Shown here: one piece after another, positions 34,569 through 47,543 of the stretch
Layout of the letters: every line of letters starts with the position of its first letter
How positions within the stretch are numbered: position 1 is the stretch's first letter
The notes under the pieces: generated by a model
What the model was told of the DNA's origin: nothing
The model's input: the letters and a program-made list of their open reading frames with translations, nothing else
Database searches by the model: none
Program-made: the position numbers and the translations under genes
From: Atractiella rhizophila
Lineage: Eukaryota
DNA: 64,000 nucleotides
Direction: 5' to 3'
Assembly: GCA_021432655.1 (NCBI GenBank)
Contig: MU271232.1
Coordinates: 38,361-102,360, forward strand

Positions 34569-36202
34569 CTAAGCAGTGGTACTCCTCCGCACTGGCGCAG
34601 CACGCGCCCAATAGTCGTATCTCTCATCTACCCTTGAATCCTGCTTATCCAAGAACCTAACCAAGAACTCGCTCCCGTTCCAAGTGGCAGTGTTAGTTTT
34701 ATAGTCGACCTTCAGACCACCCTCTCTTTCCACCAACCAGATTCTCCACCACTCCAATTGAAACGCGAGCTCCTTCAAGCCTTTCCAGCCCATTTCACCA
34801 TATTGGTGCTCTTGAATCGTGTTCATCCAAGTTACAGCGTTCTTGGGATTGAGGATACCTAGGTAGAAGAGTTGGAGTGGAGAGTGATCAAGAACTGCAA
34901 CGATGTGAGGAATGTGTCGGTCCAGGAGCAAAGAGTGAGGAAGATTGAGTTCGACCAGGCTGGGAAACGTGAGTGGGAATCCAGAAATGGGCAGGAAATC
35001 TCGAGCAGTCACTTGCTGTCGCATCGTCAGCTTCCTGAGGTGCGGAGAGACAACCTGCAAGAGCTCTCTGTAAATGTTGACGTCTCCAGCAACATGGGAA
35101 AGGTCGAGCACGGTGATAGGAGTAGCGCGAGTTGCAAAATGAGTGAGGATGGCGACGTCGAATTCCTTTAGCGTATCTTTTAAGGTGAAGGTGAATGAGT
35201 CTAGAATGGGAAGCTGGGCGGTATGTTCCAGTGCGGGGGCCGCAAAGAAAATGGGGTGAAGGTCAAGCATCCGAATTCTTGGTCCACATATATCAAGGAT
35301 GGGGAGCATGGCATCGTGCAGCGGTGCGACACGCTCGTCGAGAGCTCGCTTGTCCCGTCTCCAGTGGATATGCAGCCCAATTGGCCCTCGTAAAATCAAA
35401 TCTAGGGCTTCCGCCAGTTTAAAGAGGTTCTTGCGCACACGATCCAGGTCGAGAGAATTAGCGAAATCGATTGTGATGTACACTTCTTCGATCCTGGGAT
35501 CGTATTTTTGGAGTTCAGATAGGAAAGTGGTGATCTTGTGCACCTCCTTGCCGAAGGAAACCCGATCCTCGTCATTCTTTTGACAGTACGCCCTGTATCA
35601 AAAATCATTAGCGTCTCTAGCTGTAGTTGCGAGGGGGAGGCGTACGGAGATAAATCAATGTGTATCTCTTTGATCTTCTGCCTACATCCTTCTGGATACC
35701 CCTCTATCTCCCACCGATGGCAGAGTCCACAATTAAACCACCAGAAATCCGACATCGACGCAAACCAATGCGCAAAGCGTTTATAGTCGTAACTGTTGAA
35801 CACCAGCTTTGAAAAGAGGTAGGGATTGACTATTTCTCTCATCTCGTGCGACACTACCGAAAGAGAGAGCAAATCACGGAAGTGCTGCTTTCGACCCTCG
35901 GAAGTAGGCTTCCAGTCTGGTAAGGAACGTGCAAAGAAAGCTATTATATGGTGCTTGAGCTCTGCAGGCAAATCTGGCCAGTCGAACGGCTATGGCACTA
36001 TCAATAATCGCAGGCATGGGAGGAAAAGGGGACGTACACCACGTAAGACCTCGGTAAGCCAATTATCGAACTCGTTTGCGCCGTGAGTGGCCTGAAAGCT
36101 GGCAGGTTCCGGGTAGTAGTAGGGAGCATGCCATGCTGGATCAGTCATTGCAATGCTCATGTATGTTGCCCCAACGATTAGAGGAGGAATTAGAAGGCTC
36201 AT
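34569..36202 (-). CDS. F-box-like / RNI-like hypothetical protein
   Basis: Three ORF pieces joined by two GTACG...AG introns. FDWPDLPAELKHHII...LLSLSVVSHEMREIVNPYLF resembles an F-box. Start codon uncertain (36202, 36160 or 36148). Confidence 0.65.
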
Positions 36203-36820
36203 TGTGCCATCAAATGCTTCCAGTCGGGATAGCCGAAGCAGCTACACTTTCACCCAGCTTTTAGCAATAGTTGGGTGTGATTTTATGCTCTGATATCCTT
36301 CAAAAAAGGGAAGTTGGACTGTGGTAGGTGCCAGCAACCTGAGAACAGCCCCGGAGACGGTCGTCGACGAAAGGTGAAAGGGCACAGCTCAGAACATTAC
36401 ACTACAGCCACCCCAAGTTCTTCTTTAGTCCGAAGACCCATTCTGGTGGGATTAATTAGATATGCCCTTCTTCGAAGTTTTCCTGGATTTTTTCGATGTT
36501 ATCAATTCAACAGCTTTTGACTCTCCCATTAGGAGTATACGTCAAGGGATAAGCGATAAGCGCAATGCCTGGGTGAGGATGATGGCCATGGATAATAAAT
36601 ATTCTGCCTCAGGTTCGGAGATGTGATATGACGAGGCTTTGATCCTGCTTTGCAGACCGTGATCTTCATGCATTGGGACAGTCTCAAAATAAAAATTATC
36701 ACCAACATCGCGTATATCATGAAAATCACAATCTAGACAGGAATCCCTTAATCCCTTAGAGTTTATGGCCCTGCAACTACGCTGTTGTGCCGACAAGAAA
36801 ACTAGTCCCAAGCCGATGTC

Positions 36821-38571
36821 TCAAAGGTGCAGGTAGCCTCTACCCTTCTGCAGCACTTCGTCCCCAAGCACAAACTGCATCAAGACGGCGAGCAGGAGAA
36901 TAATGAGCGCAACGAGTATGCTGATCCAGCGTCCGGTTCCTACTCACGTTCGCAACACTCACATGAGACCTGGTTTCAGCATCAGAAGGGAGAATGAACG
37001 TACCGCTTCCTCCCACAGTCCCAATGACCCGTACGCTTCCATCCGCGCTGGCACTCGCAGCCCATTTGGAGGAATCGTCAAAACCGATGGAAGTGGAGGG
37101 AAAGCCTTCGTGCGCGTTTAAGATCTTGACCTTCGCCTGTTTCAATACCTCGATGAGTACCTTCGCTTGCAGGAGATAGAAGAGACGGATTAGAAACTAA
37201 CGTGCAAGGTCTGAGTCGAGAGAAGGGCGATTGATAAGTCGGCTGATCCGAGGGCGAGGAGGTGCCCATCATTCCTGTTTCGTCATTCCCAGACTCGTCT
37301 CGCGTTTTTATGACCTCGTAGAGCGGAGACGTACGAAATTGAAAAACTTGTGACGGGCCGTCGTCCTACCATCCGACTCTTCTGCATGATCCATCCGCTA
37401 TCCTCTCCCTCTTCACCACCCAACGACCAAGAAGAGACAAAAGCCTTCGCGTCTGTCTTCTTCTTCCTCCCAGCTCCAGTAGTTAAGGTGGCGTTTACAG
37501 CGACGAAAAGCTTGGCTGCCATCTCGCCACGTCCAAATCTGTTTTCTCATGAAGCAGGAGTGAAGAGGAAGGACGGGAGCACGAACCTTGCGGAACGGAT
37601 GGAGGTGTTGTATGGGGAAAGTGGCGGAGAAGGGATCTTCCTTACCAGCTTGTAGGATTCAGTCGAAAATACGAGGATTTTAGAAGGAGACATGGCCAAC
37701 ACCTAAGCAAAGGCTTCAGAACATGGAACACGAGCAGAGAAAGACATGACACTGACTAGATTAGAATCAGCTGAAAAGTCGACAGAAGAGACTTCTTCGG
37801 ACGAGGAGAAAGTTTCATCGCTGGCTGAGGAGGAAGAGGAGACGAGGGTGAACGCAGGAGTCAGGGAAGGGAACGAGAGGACGGAGAAGCTGCCTGCTGT
37901 GCTTCCAATAGCCAAAAGCTTGCCATTTGGTGAGATGGCAGTTGACCTCTACCGTCATCATAAGTTGTTGTCCATCTAAGGACGGAGAGAAGAAGAGTAC
38001 AAAAACGGCGTACTTGATAATCTTCCGCTTTGGGCAACTTAAACACTTCCTTTTCTTCCTTCCGCACAACCACTTTCAGTTCCGAATCCTCCTTCGCCTC
38101 GACCAAATCAAACACCCTGAGGTGCTTGTTCCCTTTCTCCCACTCTTCCTCCGCCGCATTCACTCCACAAACGAGTGCCTTAGTCTGCGACCCATCCAAT
38201 AAACGTGAGTTTATATTTGGAGAGCTTGGTGGACACCTTACTGAAGCTGATACGGAGAGGGACATGGGCGCATCCTCTCCCGGCGCAAATAGATGCTCAT
38301 CCCTGACAATGGCATAGGCAGGGTTCTTGTCCAAAACAAGCGTTGCCGATGCCTACTCCAATGGACGTTAATGTGATTCGCTGAAAAAGAGTGGACATGC
38401 AATTTTATTCTTCACTCCTGTTTTCGATGACCCACCACCGCCCCCGAGCACAAGCGTGGGATAGGAGGAATCGACGGATGGAAGAAAGGCGAGAGAGTAG
38501 ATAGGTGTCAACAAGGATAGTGAGAGGTTGGTTGGCGTGGATTCTGCAGAAAATGGAACTTCCTTGAACAT
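36821..38571 (-). CDS. SEC12: Sec12/PREB WD40 guanine-nucleotide exchange factor for Sar1
   Basis: LVLGGGGGSSKTGVKNKI (K-loop), WD repeats, NAHEGFPST...SASADGSVRV and a C-terminal TM segment WISILVALIILLLAVLM. Confidence 0.85.
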
Positions 38572-38918
38572 CTTGACAGATGATGCTTTGGGAGTTGTCT
38601 ACTAGTTGTCCTGAGAGCAAGGTGGACTAGAAACGAAAAGGGAATGAGTGCAAATAGAGTGAAGACACCCGAGTTTTGTCAACGTGGCACGTGAGATTGA
38701 AAGATGAAACAAGGAGCCATTTGAAATACCACTTCAACCCTTCAAGGCGCATCAAATAAACACTTTTGCTGTTGTGTATTGTTTGGTTCTTATCGAAATT
38801 CAAACGCCCTAATCTTATATTTTCAACTTCAGATGGCTTAGCCTTACTTGTCATGACATTGAGTTTCCTGAAGGCAAGTCGTTGAAGGTATCAACGACAC
38901 AACGTAAACCTCCAAAAA

Positions 38919-41130
38919 TCAAGCCACCCTGACAAGATAGTCTTCCGCCTCTTCTGAAGCTTCTACATCCGCTCCAGAACCCCAAGCACCACGCAATTCG
39001 AACCCCTTCACCGTCTCTCCGTCAACCGTGAAGCGAAGTACAAGATTGACGATCCCGTAATCCACACCTGTAAACTCCCTCTTCACACCTTTGTAATCTA
39101 CCAAATTGGCGGCGTATGTCATCTTAAATTCCGTCTCCCCGACTTGCGAGAAAGCGATGAGCGAGAACCAGAAGCTGTCTTTTGCGAGCAGGAGCTCGGG
39201 TTCTGGGTACGAGGAGGAGGGGTCGACGATTTGCGTGCTCTCAGCTCTGAGAAAGCGGAGAGCATCGCACTCCGCCGGAGTTGTGGCGGTTGCAGAGGGC
39301 TGAGCAAGGCAGATGTGTATCGTCCCGTATCCTTCGGAGTGATACTTTCCTTCAAACCTCTCAATTGGAAGAGATGGACCTTGCCAACGAAACTGGTGGA
39401 CATTGGACGTGGTGCCCGACGGAGATGGAAAAGAATATTTGGTGACAATATCCTCTACAGACCTATGTGGAATTTGATCAGCGTAAATAATGTGTCAGCA
39501 AAAAACTTACATGGAGTTGACATCGTGTATTGAAAAAGCAGGCTCCAAGCCAACAAGTTCCTCAAACGCGCGAAGGACAATGGCATCTGCGACCGCATTG
39601 CCGATACTGTTAAACGCGCCATGTTTCAGAATCCAGCTGCTCTCAGGAATATTTGATACTTCACCCCATGTTGTTTGTGAGCACAGCAACCCCAACTCCC
39701 TCCAAAGGGCTCCAAGCAATAGTGGAGCCAAATCCTGTAATACCGCCTTTCCAGTGCCTTCAGATGAGAAAACATGACAAGCGAGAGGAGGACATGGCAC
39801 TTACCGGAATGCCAAACCAAATCTTTCCCACGATATCGAAACCTTGAAACTCCCAATCCATAGATATAGGGAGATCGATCTGGCTTCACAACTCGAGAGT
39901 TTTCGACCATATGTGCAGATATCATTTCTTTCACCTGCATCCCAAGCGTCAGCACACCAAAACAGCAGACAAGGAAGCGGCAGAGACTCACTGCTTCGGG
40001 ACGTAGGTAGTCAGCATCTAGACCGTAAGACCAACCTTCCGCCTTTCTGGCCGAGTCCACGAGAAACTTCATCCATGTATTTACATCCTTCGGTGTGCTA
40101 ACAATGCCCCCGGTCGGCGCAATGAACCGTCTGCCTACTTCATTGTCGGGAGATAAGGGGATCTCAAAGGATGTACCGTTAGAAAGAAGCATGTAACCTT
40201 TCGCCCTTCGCTCAGGGTAAAGGTCTGGAGAAAATGATGTGTCTGACATATGCAGTGGCGAAAAGATGTGCGAAGTAAGGAAAGACTCAAAGGATCCGTC
40301 CATCGCTGTTAGAGAGGAGACATTTGGACGAAGTGGCGTGTGCGAGGAGTGAAGAGCGATGATTCGCCCTACTGTGATATACATCATGTTGTTGTACTGC
40401 CAGCTGTTTCCTTCTTGAGTGGGCACTTAAAATATGAATTAGAGAGAGCACGCACTGCTCCCTGAACTCAGCGGACGGCTTCAGCGCCCCTAGTTTCCGC
40501 TGGTTCACGACCCAGTCGTCGTGCTGAGCGTATGCAAGGTCATGTCTGTCCAAAAATCTCAAATTTTAGCCTCTAGAGCCCAGAACCAAGTAAAACAGAT
40601 ATACCGGGGCATACCTGTCCGATGGCTCAGAAGATCCAGTACGCTCGCTTGCTTCTGAGCAACGGGATCTTTTAAGCTCCAATCTGGCAGCAAGTCTTTC
40701 ACTTTTTGACGATAGGAGAGTTCTCTGCCGTCCCCATCTTGGAGGAAAGAGTAGGCGAGTGCGGTGAACGCCTTCGAATTACTCGCTATGCTGAAGAGCG
40801 TCTATACCCCGATTGCACGAAATAAATCGCAACAACTACTTTATAACCCAGAAAAGACAACGAAAGGCTTACATTCCCATCAACGTATTCAACAGCATCA
40901 GAAGCTTTCCCAAACCCCACAGTTTCCTCCACCCAAACTCCATCAACGAGCTTAACAACACCTAAGCCAATTCCCGGAACACCAGTTTTGCTTTGGATAT
41001 GGTTGACAAAACTTCCGAGTGCGGGAGAAACGAGTTTTGGCCTCGAAGAAGATGAACCAGGTTGGAAGGGTATTTGAGCGCCAAGGGTGACCAAAATACA
41101 GAAGAGGAAAGGGAAGATTTGTGGCATCAT
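38919..41130 (-). CDS. Secreted beta-lactamase/AmpC-family serine hydrolase
   Basis: Signal peptide, TLFSIASNSKAF (SxxK), DLLSHRTGMP, WQYNNMMY (YxN) and LVWHSG. Confidence 0.85.
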
Positions 41131-41390
41131 ACTGCCGCTGGCTCGCAATTTCTGCAGTCTTCGTCAAAACAGCTCTCAAATATGCTGGATCTTTCACGTA
41201 CCCTCGGAGATCTGCCTCTCTCTATCTAGGCTTTCGTTCTGCTTTGTTTTGTTGGTGTTGCACGGACTCCACCTGACACAACTTCACATGATGATTACGT
41301 ACATCTCACTCTTTGCTATTGTGCCTTTTTGCAAATGAATTTGTAAAATAACATCAGAACTTTGAAATCTTTTAAAGCACCAGTCACAAC

Positions 41391-42528
41391 ATGAATAATT
41401 TCCTCGGTGATGCTCAGCGAAATCTGATATGGGAGACTCCTTCAATTATTATTAGCTATGCATCCTATGGTGCTCCTTTACCCACTGCAAAGATTGTGAT
41501 CGCCTTTGTTGCCGGAATGGGAGGACATCGATTCTTAGGGTCTTTTTACCATCGTCTTGCTTCAGAAAAGGACGCCGCAATGTTTGTATTTGATAGGATA
41601 GGATACGGACGATCCGCCGCTAAGCTTCCTGGAGGAAATAAAGTGGATGTTTTCAAGTTATCGGGTGAAGAGCTAGTTGATAGGTTTGTCAACGGCGTAA
41701 CTTCACTATTCCGCCAACATATACTTCCTATGCTTCACAACAAGCCTTTAGGTAGAGGAAACAAAATCCGTTTGGTGGGACAAAGCTGTGGATGCTTGTT
41801 TGCGATCAAATTGGCAGAGAACTTGACGGATGAATTAGAAGAAGAAATCTTCTTCATCAGCGCTTGGCCAGGGAGGGAGTGGATCAACAGCTTCTGGTTG
41901 AACCTGGCTGCGTCCTCTGTACCCGACACGATTTTTCGGTTGGTCCTGTTGTTCGCCTACATAGCTCAATGAGTTCAAACGACCATGGGAGGAGAATAGG
42001 AAATACCAATCGCTTGTTCCTTCCAAGCTTTCCCTTCCCTTCCTGCCCATCCTCAAAGACCCCCTTACTTCAATTTTTGGACAAGGCACCCCACATGTCA
42101 CCTTCACTCAGAGACAAAAGGGGTATCAATCCACAAGCCTCCTAAGCGACCGACGAGCTCGCTTGCTCCTCAAGTCGATATTTGCCGAGCTCTCCTGCCG
42201 CAAAGGAGAAGAACGCCTCGATGGGGTCTCGCTAGATGTGCGGATGTGCCTTTTGCGCTCCGTGTCTCCTGAATTACTTTCTCTCTCTGAGCACTATCTC
42301 AACTTTGCACGCCTTGGAAAGGTTAAACTGGTGTTTTTCCACGGAGAGAAGGACGAGCTCGTTCCGGTGAAAAGAATCGAGGAGATGGTGGCATTTATCA
42401 ATGGGGAGTTGCATTTGGAGAATGAGGAACAAGTGACATTGAAAAAGGTGAAGCAAAAAAATCACGCGGAGGCCCATTTGGATGTTGGAATTTGGACAGA
42501 GATTTTCGAAGGGACTACGGAGCATTGA
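41391..42528 (+). CDS. Alpha/beta-hydrolase family protein
   Basis: FDRIGYGRS, GQSCG nucleophile elbow, FFHGEKDELVP and a C-terminal His. One intron ending at 41999 joins the two ORFs. Confidence 0.8.
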
Positions 42529-45490
42529 GAGAAGGTTTATCTCGTTATGGTGACGATTGAACCATTGTCAAAATTGTAGTTAATGTATGGCCATTACATT
42601 GCCTGCCTACAAAATAGCTAGACAGCAGGAACGACACCAAGTTGTACATCTCTTGATCTGGATCTGATTGGAGTCTTCTGTCTCAACCGTGCTCTAGAAG
42701 GTCTTGAACATTCAAACAAACGTTCAACGACTTTCTCTGAAACATCGGTTAGGGAGGTACAGTTTGTTCGGCAATACCTGTCCAGATAAAACAAGTCAGC
42801 GATGACATGGAAATTGTCAACAGAATGATTTAGAGTAGAAACAAAAGTCAGTGGACATGAGTGATTTTTCTCCTCATTTCGATCAGAAGAACGAAGGTTA
42901 ACAGCATAATCGGTTTCTCATCATAATCTTCCTTCTCCCCACAGAAAGCCAAGGGTTGGCAAGAAGACACACATACTTTGCAACCGATTACCGACGTTCA
43001 ATCCCCCTCTCACCCTTTAAAAATCAAAATCCGACATGCTGAAATCAGCTCATGCATGGAGTTTTGGTGCCGCATCGAACGGAGGCCTCGATATGTGGCC
43101 GCATTGGAACGCAACAATCAAATTGAGAGAAATGTACGGTGGCGCTCCCAAACGGCTGGTGTGGTCTGGAGTATGAAAGTAGAAGCCATGAATTCGACTT
43201 GATGAGAACAAGCCGCTAGACAAAAAAAACAAAAACAAAACAATATCTAGCCCTGTTTAGCCTGTAGTATCAAACTATAGCGAACATGTGACTCTTCACT
43301 TCTTTACCCTTTGTTAGACGTTTGCGTGCAACTTTTGAGGAGCAATGGCAGAACTTTCAGCAGTAAGGCTTCCCTGTAAGAAGTGTCTCACCACTGAAAC
43401 GACATTTACAGCAAGAACTGTCCAAGCTCGCTGCTTCCGGCAAGCCAGGTGCACTCCCGCAGAACTTGCGACAAGGAGGCAGCTCGAATGGTGCCACGCA
43501 GGAACAGCAAGAACAACAAGAGGAATTAAAGCGACAAATGCTTTCCGGCATCCTTTCTCCGGAAGCAAGAGAACGATGTGCGTCTTCCCGTTCCGTGCGT
43601 TGGCTTGGTGATTTCTTACAGGATGGCATTGGATCGGATAAAGTGTCGCGCATCTCTTTGGTGAAACCCGAACGAGCGCGAGGAGTGCAGGAGATGTTGT
43701 TGAAAATGTTCCAAGGTGGACAATTGAGGGGGAAAGTTTCGGAGGAATCAAACGACCATGGGAGGAGAATAGGAAATACCAATCGCTTGTTCCTTCCAAG
43801 CTTTCCCTTCCCTTCCTGCCCATCCTCAAAGACCCCCTTACTTCAATTTTTGGACAAGGCACCTCACATGTCACCTTCACTCAGAGACAAAAGTGGTATC
43901 AATCCGGAAGCCTACTAAGCGACCGACGAGCGCGCTTGCTCCTCAAGTCGATATTCGCCGAGCTCTCCTACCGCAAAGAAGAAGAAAGCCTCGATGGGGT
44001 CTCGCTAGATGTGCGGATGTGCCTTTTGCGATCCGTGTCTCCTGAATTACTCTTTCTCTGTCGGCACTATCTCAGCCTTGGAAAGGTTAAACTGGTGTTT
44101 TTCCACGGAGCGAAGGACGAGCTTGTGCCGGTGAAAAGAATTGAGGAGATGGTGGCATTTATCAATGGGGAGTTACATTTGGAGAATGAGGAACGAGTGA
44201 CACTGAAAAAGGTGAAGCAGAAAAATCATGCGGAGACCCATTTGGATGTTGGAATTTGGACAGAGATTTTCGAAAGGACTATGGAGCATTGAGAGAAGGT
44301 TTAACTCGTCATGGTGACGATTGAACCATTGCCAAAATTGTAGTGTAATGTATGGCCATTACATTGCTGCCTACAAAATAGCCAGACAGCGTGAACAAGA
44401 CCAAGATGTACATCACTTGATCTTGATCTGATTGGAATCTCATGTTTCAACCGTGGTCTGGAAGGTCTTGAACATTCAAACCAAGGTTCAAGGACTTTCT
44501 CTGAAACATCGATTAGGGAGGTACAGTTTGTTCGGCAATACCTGTCCAAATAAAACAAGTCAGCGATGACATGGAATTGTCACACAAAATGATTTAGAGT
44601 AGAAACAAAAGTCAGTGGACATGAGTGATTTTTCTCCTCATTTCGATCAGCAGAACGAAGGTTAACAGCATAATCGGTTTCTCATCATAATCTTTCCTTC
44701 TCTCCATAGAAAGCGAGGGTTGGTAAGAAGACAAACGTACTTTGCAACCGACTACCAACTTTCCATCCCCCCTCTGACCCTTTAACAATCAAAATCCGAC
44801 GAGAAGAAATCAGCCCGTGCATAGAGTTTTGATGTCGCGTCGAACGGCGGTCTTGATATGTGGTCGCATTGGAACCCAACAATCAAATTGAGAGAAATGT
44901 ATGGTGGCGCTCCCAGACGGCTGGTGCGGCCTGGAGTATGAAAGTAGAAGCCATGAATTCGAGATGAGAACAAGCCGCCAGCCAAAAAAAAAACAATATC
45001 CAGCCTGTAGTATCAAACTATAGTGAACATTTGACTCTTCGCTTCGTTACCCTTTGGTGGGCGTTTGCGTGCAACTTTTGAGGAGCAATGGCAGAACTTT
45101 CAGCAGTAAGGCTTCCCTGTGAGAAGTGTCTCACCACTGAAACGACATTTACAGCAAGAACTGTCCAAGCTCGCTGCTTCCGGCAAGCCAGGTGCACTCC
45201 CGCAGAACTTGCGACAAGGAGGCAGCTCGAATGGTGCCACGCAGGAACAGCAAGAACAACAAGAGGAATTAAAGCGACAAATGCTTTCCGGCATCCTTTC
45301 TCCGGAAGCAAGAGAACGATGTGCGTCTTCCCGTTCCGTGCGTTGGCTTGGTGATTTCTTACAGGATGGCATTGGATCGGATAAAGTGTCGCGCATCTCT
45401 TTGGTGAAACCCGAACGAGCGCGAGGAGTGCAGGAGATGTTGTTGAAAATGTTCCAAGGTGGACAATTGAGGGGGAAAGTTTCGGAGGAA
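41975..45490. repeat. Direct tandem duplication: unit 1 41975-43747 (1773 bp), unit 2 43748-45490 (1743 bp)
   Basis: TCAAACGACCATGGGAGG starts at both 41975 and 43748, and GTTTCGGAGGAA ends at both 43747 and 45490. Confidence 0.97.
43345..44292 (+). pseudogene. Junction chimera: 3'-truncated PDCD5 copy (43345-43747) followed by the orphan last exon of the hydrolase (43773-44292)
   Basis: PDCD5 stops at GKVSEE and reads out of frame into hydrolase intron/exon sequence (ORF ends 43918). The hydrolase exon itself remains open. Confidence 0.75.
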
Positions 45491-45666
45491 CAATTGGTTG
45501 ATGTGCTTGATCAGATCGAGAAGGTGGAAGGTGGAGGAGGGAAGGGAAGAGAGGAAAAGGGAAAGATTACGGTGCGCTGTTCCATTATTTTGAGAAAGGG
45601 GGTGTTGAGAAGTGTCTTTAGTTCTCGAGACGGAAGGATATTCTAGACGATGATGATGATTGGTGA
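45088..45666 (+). CDS. PDCD5: PDCD5 / dsDNA-binding protein family
   Basis: Spliced: MAELSA|QEL...MLSGILSPEARER|LSRISLVKPERARGVQEMLLKMFQGGQLRGKVSEEQLVDVL...KIT|FSRRKDILDDDDDW. Confidence 0.9.
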
Positions 45667-45910
45667 TCAGCGCATCTTGGGCGTCCAATCGTCTATGATC
45701 ATGCTTGTCGAGTTTTCATCAATAGGATATCCGTACGGATACCTCATAAGTGTTGTACTTAATAACAGTCAAAATTTGGAAAATCAATGTAGTCGTTTGA
45801 AACCGATATCTGTTGGGAGCCCGAAATATCACTTCGTTCCTCTGCTGGGAATCTAATTGCATCACAGATCTGAATGTTCATACCTGGCAGTGAGGAAGGC
45901 AAGACGTGTG

Positions 45911-45921
45911 CCCTAACCCTA
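45911..45921 (+). promoter_or_regulatory. Telomere-like CCCTAACCCTA motif (possible telo-box) upstream of DPH7
   Basis: An 11-nt match to (CCCTAA)n about 140 nt before the DPH7 ATG. Function is inferred only. Confidence 0.3.
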
Positions 45922-46059
45922 CCGAGTTCTCTTTCGTCGAGCTGATCGTTGATTCGAAGCTCAGAGAGAGATCAGATCGGGTCTCAAGCGCTTAGTTCAT
46001 ACTGAAAGGGAGGGATCCTGTCCGGCGAATATTGTGAATGCTGATCATATCGAATAATC

Positions 46060-47442
46060 ATGTCAAGGTCTGTTTCCATCGTCAGCAACACCACCACAAC
46101 CTATCCTGCGGATGCAATCGAGTTTTGGCCATCAGATTCAAAGTCGTTCGTCACTGCCACATATCAGAACAATGGAACAGAATCGGCTTCACGAAAACGG
46201 GAAGGTACGATAGAAGTGTATGAGATCAAAAACCATGAATTGTAAGCGACCACTTCTAGCGTACCTTCGCGTTTTCGTGAAGTCGATTCTGAGTTGGCTT
46301 TGATGCACTTCAGAATATTGAAGCAGAAAGTCGAAGACCTTCCTGCCGTGCTAGATCTCAAGTGGTCAGTGCCCCCTTCAAACATTTCTGCTCGCTGACA
46401 GCACATGTTAGGCGTCCGTCAAAGTCTCCTCACACCGAGAGCCTATTACTTGGAGCTGCTGGTTCGGAAGGTGCAATTCTCTTTTATGACGCGTTGGATA
46501 ACCAAGTTCGTTGTTGGAGCATGTAGACCTAAACTGACTATGAAAGCTCAGCTGCAGTTCAAGAGCTCCATACAGATAGCATCTAAAGATGTCCTCTGTT
46601 TGTCCATGGATTGGGCACGGTAAATTGGTCACCTGGGGTTGTGCATTAATGTCTGATGATAGTGATCATAGGACCCGTAACCCACCATTAATCGCTTCTT
46701 TGTCCGACGGAAACATTGCGTGCCTTGAGCCAGCAGAATCAAGCTACCGCATATCTGAATCCTGGAAAACACACGATTTTGAACCATGGATCGTTGCTTG
46801 GGATTATTGGCAAGAGGGATATTTCTGGACGGGTATGCATAGCTGCTGCTTTCCACAAGTGATGACACACTGTAGTGTAGGTGGGGACGACTGCTGTCTA
46901 AAGGCGTGGGATATACGACAAGGGAACACGCCGGTTTGGGTAAATCGAAAGTAAGACCTTCTCTTTTTCATTCTGAAGCAAAATAATGGTAATTACTTTA
47001 TTCGACCCCAGATTCGATGCTGGTGTGACTTCAGTCCGTTCCCATCAGGTACAAGAGAATATCTTTGCTGTTGGCAGGTAAGTGAGAGTTTTGCTCTCCT
47101 TCATAAGTCATGGGGACTAGTTATGACTCCCAACTGCGAATATTCGACAAGCGCCGTCCTTTCACCCCTCTTTCATCCCTCGATGTTGGCGGAGGAGTTT
47201 GGAGAGTGAAGTGGCATCCGACTTCCCCTGCGTTACTTTCAGCCGCGTGTATGCATGACGGATTCAAGGTCATCCGTTTCAATCCAAGTGAAAGCTGGCA
47301 GGGGCAAATTACAGCGGAATGGAAACATGAAAGCATGGCATACGGTGTCGATTGGAGTGGAAGTGGAGGGCTACTGACTGGATGCTCTTTCTATGACAAA
47401 AAGGTGACTGTGATACAAGTCGATCTGGCCACCGACACATGA
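46060..47442 (+). CDS. DPH7: Diphthine methylesterase Dph7/Rrt2 (WDR85), WD40 protein
   Basis: YPADAIEF, ATYQ, PAVLDLKW, HDFEPWIVAWDYW, GGDDC, DVGGGVWRVKWHP, ACMHDGF and HESMAYGVDW. Confidence 0.92.
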
Positions 47443-47543
47443 AGCTGCACATGCCCAACTAATTTTCCATTGCATTGACTATTTACTACTTCAAGCGCCG
47501 TGATGTAAGGGCAGTTCCGAAAACCAGCGATATTACCATGAAT

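Noticed and set aside
38919..41130. Horizontal transfer of a bacterial beta-lactamase
   Set aside because: The gene has many typical host introns, and this family is common in fungi.
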